64,000 nt of DNA from Deltaproteobacteria bacterium (GTDB taxonomy: Bacteria > Desulfobacterota > Binatia > UBA12015), in assembly GCA_046583355.1 (NCBI GenBank), contig JAYGCM010000018.1, positions 1,302 to 65,301 of the forward strand, read 5' to 3'. The translations under genes and the position numbers were made by a program. A model generated the notes under the pieces. It worked only from the letters and a program-made list of their open reading frames with translations. It was not told the DNA's origin and searched no databases. Positions 62,590-64,000 of the stretch are shown here, piece by piece. Every line of letters begins with the position of its first letter. Positions within the stretch are counted from its first letter, which is position 1.

Positions 62590-64000
62590 GTGCAGGCGCG
62601 AATTCTTGAATTTGCGGAGCTTCTCCGCCACCACGGCCTGCGTATCAGTCCGGCCGAGAGTATGGACGCTCTGAGCGGACTCACGCATACCGGCCTGGGC
62701 GATCGCGAGACCGTTCGCGGCGCGTTGCGCGCCACCATGGTCAAGCGCCTGGTCGATGTGCCGATCTTCGACGAACTTTTCGATGTCTATTTCTCGGCCC
62801 TGGGCCAGGCGATCCGCGAGACCGCCGACGGAGCCGGCGAGGTACTCGGCCAGACGCTCGAAGAGATGCGTGAGTTGCTGGCGAAGCTGGAGGCGATGCT
62901 GGCAGAGCAGGGCATCGAACTCTCCGATATTGCGCGGGCCTTGCTCGCGGCCGATGAGGGCGTGCTCGAGCAACGTATGCGTGAGGCAATCGACGAAGCG
63001 CGCGGCGAGGCCGAGGGCAAGGGCCGGTTCCGCCCCGGTGCCTTTGCCAGCGCCGTGGGCAATGCCTTCGGCATGCCGCAATTGCAGGAGGAACTCGAAG
63101 GCGCCGCCGATTCCGCCGACGAAGCCATGCCGGACGACGAGTCGGCCAAGCTACGCGAGATGATCCAGCAACGCCTCGGCGAGTTGCAGGAGTTGATGAA
63201 GCGCGCATCCGATATCGAGAAGAAGCGCAAAGAAGAAGGCAAGCGCGACGATGCCGGCCTTGGCCCGATCGGCGAGAAGAGCTTCTATTATCTCACCGAA
63301 GAAGAAACCCGCCAAATGAAGGAGGCGGTTGCCAAGCTCGCGCAGCGAATCAAGAACGTGGTCGCTGTGAAACGCACCCGAACCCGCCGCGGCGTGCTCG
63401 ATCTGCATCGGACGCTGCGTAAAAATATCAGCTACGGCGGCGTGCCTTTCGATGTTCATTTTGAGCGCAAACGGCGTCATAAGCCCCAGATCGTCGTGCT
63501 CTGCGACGTTTCGGACTCGGTGCGCAACGTCTCACGCTTCATGCTGCAATTCGTCTACGCGCTGCAAGATCTCTATTCGCGCGTGCGCAGCTTCATCTTC
63601 GTCGCCGAGATCGGCGAGGTCACGCGCCTCTTTGAGGACAACGAGGCGGGCGAAGCTCTCGAACTCTCCCTGCGCGGCGATGTCATCAACGTCTTCGCGC
63701 ACTCGGATTTCGGCCGTGCTTTCAAGAATTTCCACACCGATCACCTCGGTTCGATCAACCGCCGCACGACCGTGATCATTCTGGGCGACGCGCGCAATAA
63801 CTACAATCTGCCGCACGAATGGGCCGTGCACGACATCCAGGCGCGCGCGCGCCAGGTGATCTGGCTCAACCCGGAAGCAAAGACCACCTGGGGCTTCGGC
63901 GACAGCGAGATGGACCGCTACCGGCCGTATTGCGATCTGGTCGAGGAATGCCGCAACCTGAACCAACTCTACCGCGTGGTCGACCGGCTGCTTCTCGCAT
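62590..64000 (+). CDS. VWA domain protein (CoxE-like), 3'-partial at window end
   Basis: Not in the ORF track because there is no stop before the window end. Frame-1 translation from a GTG 8 nt after the MoxR stop gives a continuous >470-aa protein with a VWA MIDAS-like region (VVLCDVSDS) and CoxE-like N-terminus. Confidence 0.8.
   Translation, partial: MQARILEFAELLRHHGLRISPAESMDALSGLTHTGLGDRETVRGALRATMVKRLVDVPIFDELFDVYFSALGQAIRETADGAGEVLGQTLEEMRELLAKLEAMLAEQGIELSDIARALLAADEGVLEQRMREAIDEARGEAEGKGRFRPGAFASAVGNAFGMPQLQEELEGAADSADEAMPDDESAKLREMIQQRLGELQELMKRASDIEKKRKEEGKRDDAGLGPIGEKSFYYLTEEETRQMKEAVAKLAQRIKNVVAVKRTRTRRGVLDLHRTLRKNISYGGVPFDVHFERKRRHKPQIVVLCDVSDSVRNVSRFMLQFVYALQDLYSRVRSFIFVAEIGEVTRLFEDNEAGEALELSLRGDVINVFAHSDFGRAFKNFHTDHLGSINRRTTVIILGDARNNYNLPHEWAVHDIQARARQVIWLNPEAKTTWGFGDSEMDRYRPYCDLVEECRNLNQLYRVVDRLLLA

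Overview
High-GC (~66%) bacterial chromosomal segment carrying mostly housekeeping genes, with no obvious mobile elements or CRISPR array. Identified left to right: enoyl-CoA hydratase, VOC protein, xthA, an in-frame maf-yggS fusion followed by proC-yggT-fmdB, phasin, and a GT39 (ArnT/PMT-like) glycosyltransferase. These are followed directly by a contiguous complex I peripheral-arm cluster in the unusual order nuoB-G-I-C-D-E-F, with no nuoA/H/J-N in the window, then a small coupled ORF and a lipoprotein. Further genes: Zn-ADH; a histone H1-like K/A-repeat protein encoded by a perfect 36-bp tandem array; two paralogous sulfatase-like proteins lacking the formylglycine motif; pgl, gloA, an RND efflux pair, tsaA, D-aminoacylase, CoA transferase, GNAT and a CobW-like GTPase. 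A block of decayed flagellar genes (flgD', frameshifted flgE', and a fliL'-fliM' chimera with an internal TAA) flanks a large membrane protein. The remainder is type IIA topoisomerase B and A subunits (probably parE and parC), class I FBA, an RlmD-type methyltransferase with a 99-bp triplicated R/D/P-rich N-terminal repeat, typA, an FHA-sigma54 activator, ppiA, guaB, guaA, dnaE, hflX, pgsA, a LolA-like protein, and an NRDE-MoxR-VWA(CoxE) cluster that runs off the end. The most notable items are the peripheral-arm-only nuo cluster, the flagellar gene relics, the maf-yggS fusion, the repeat-encoded nucleoid-like protein, and the W-T-x-P-x-H sulfatase-like paralogs. All calls rest on reading the six-frame translations; no database searches were run.
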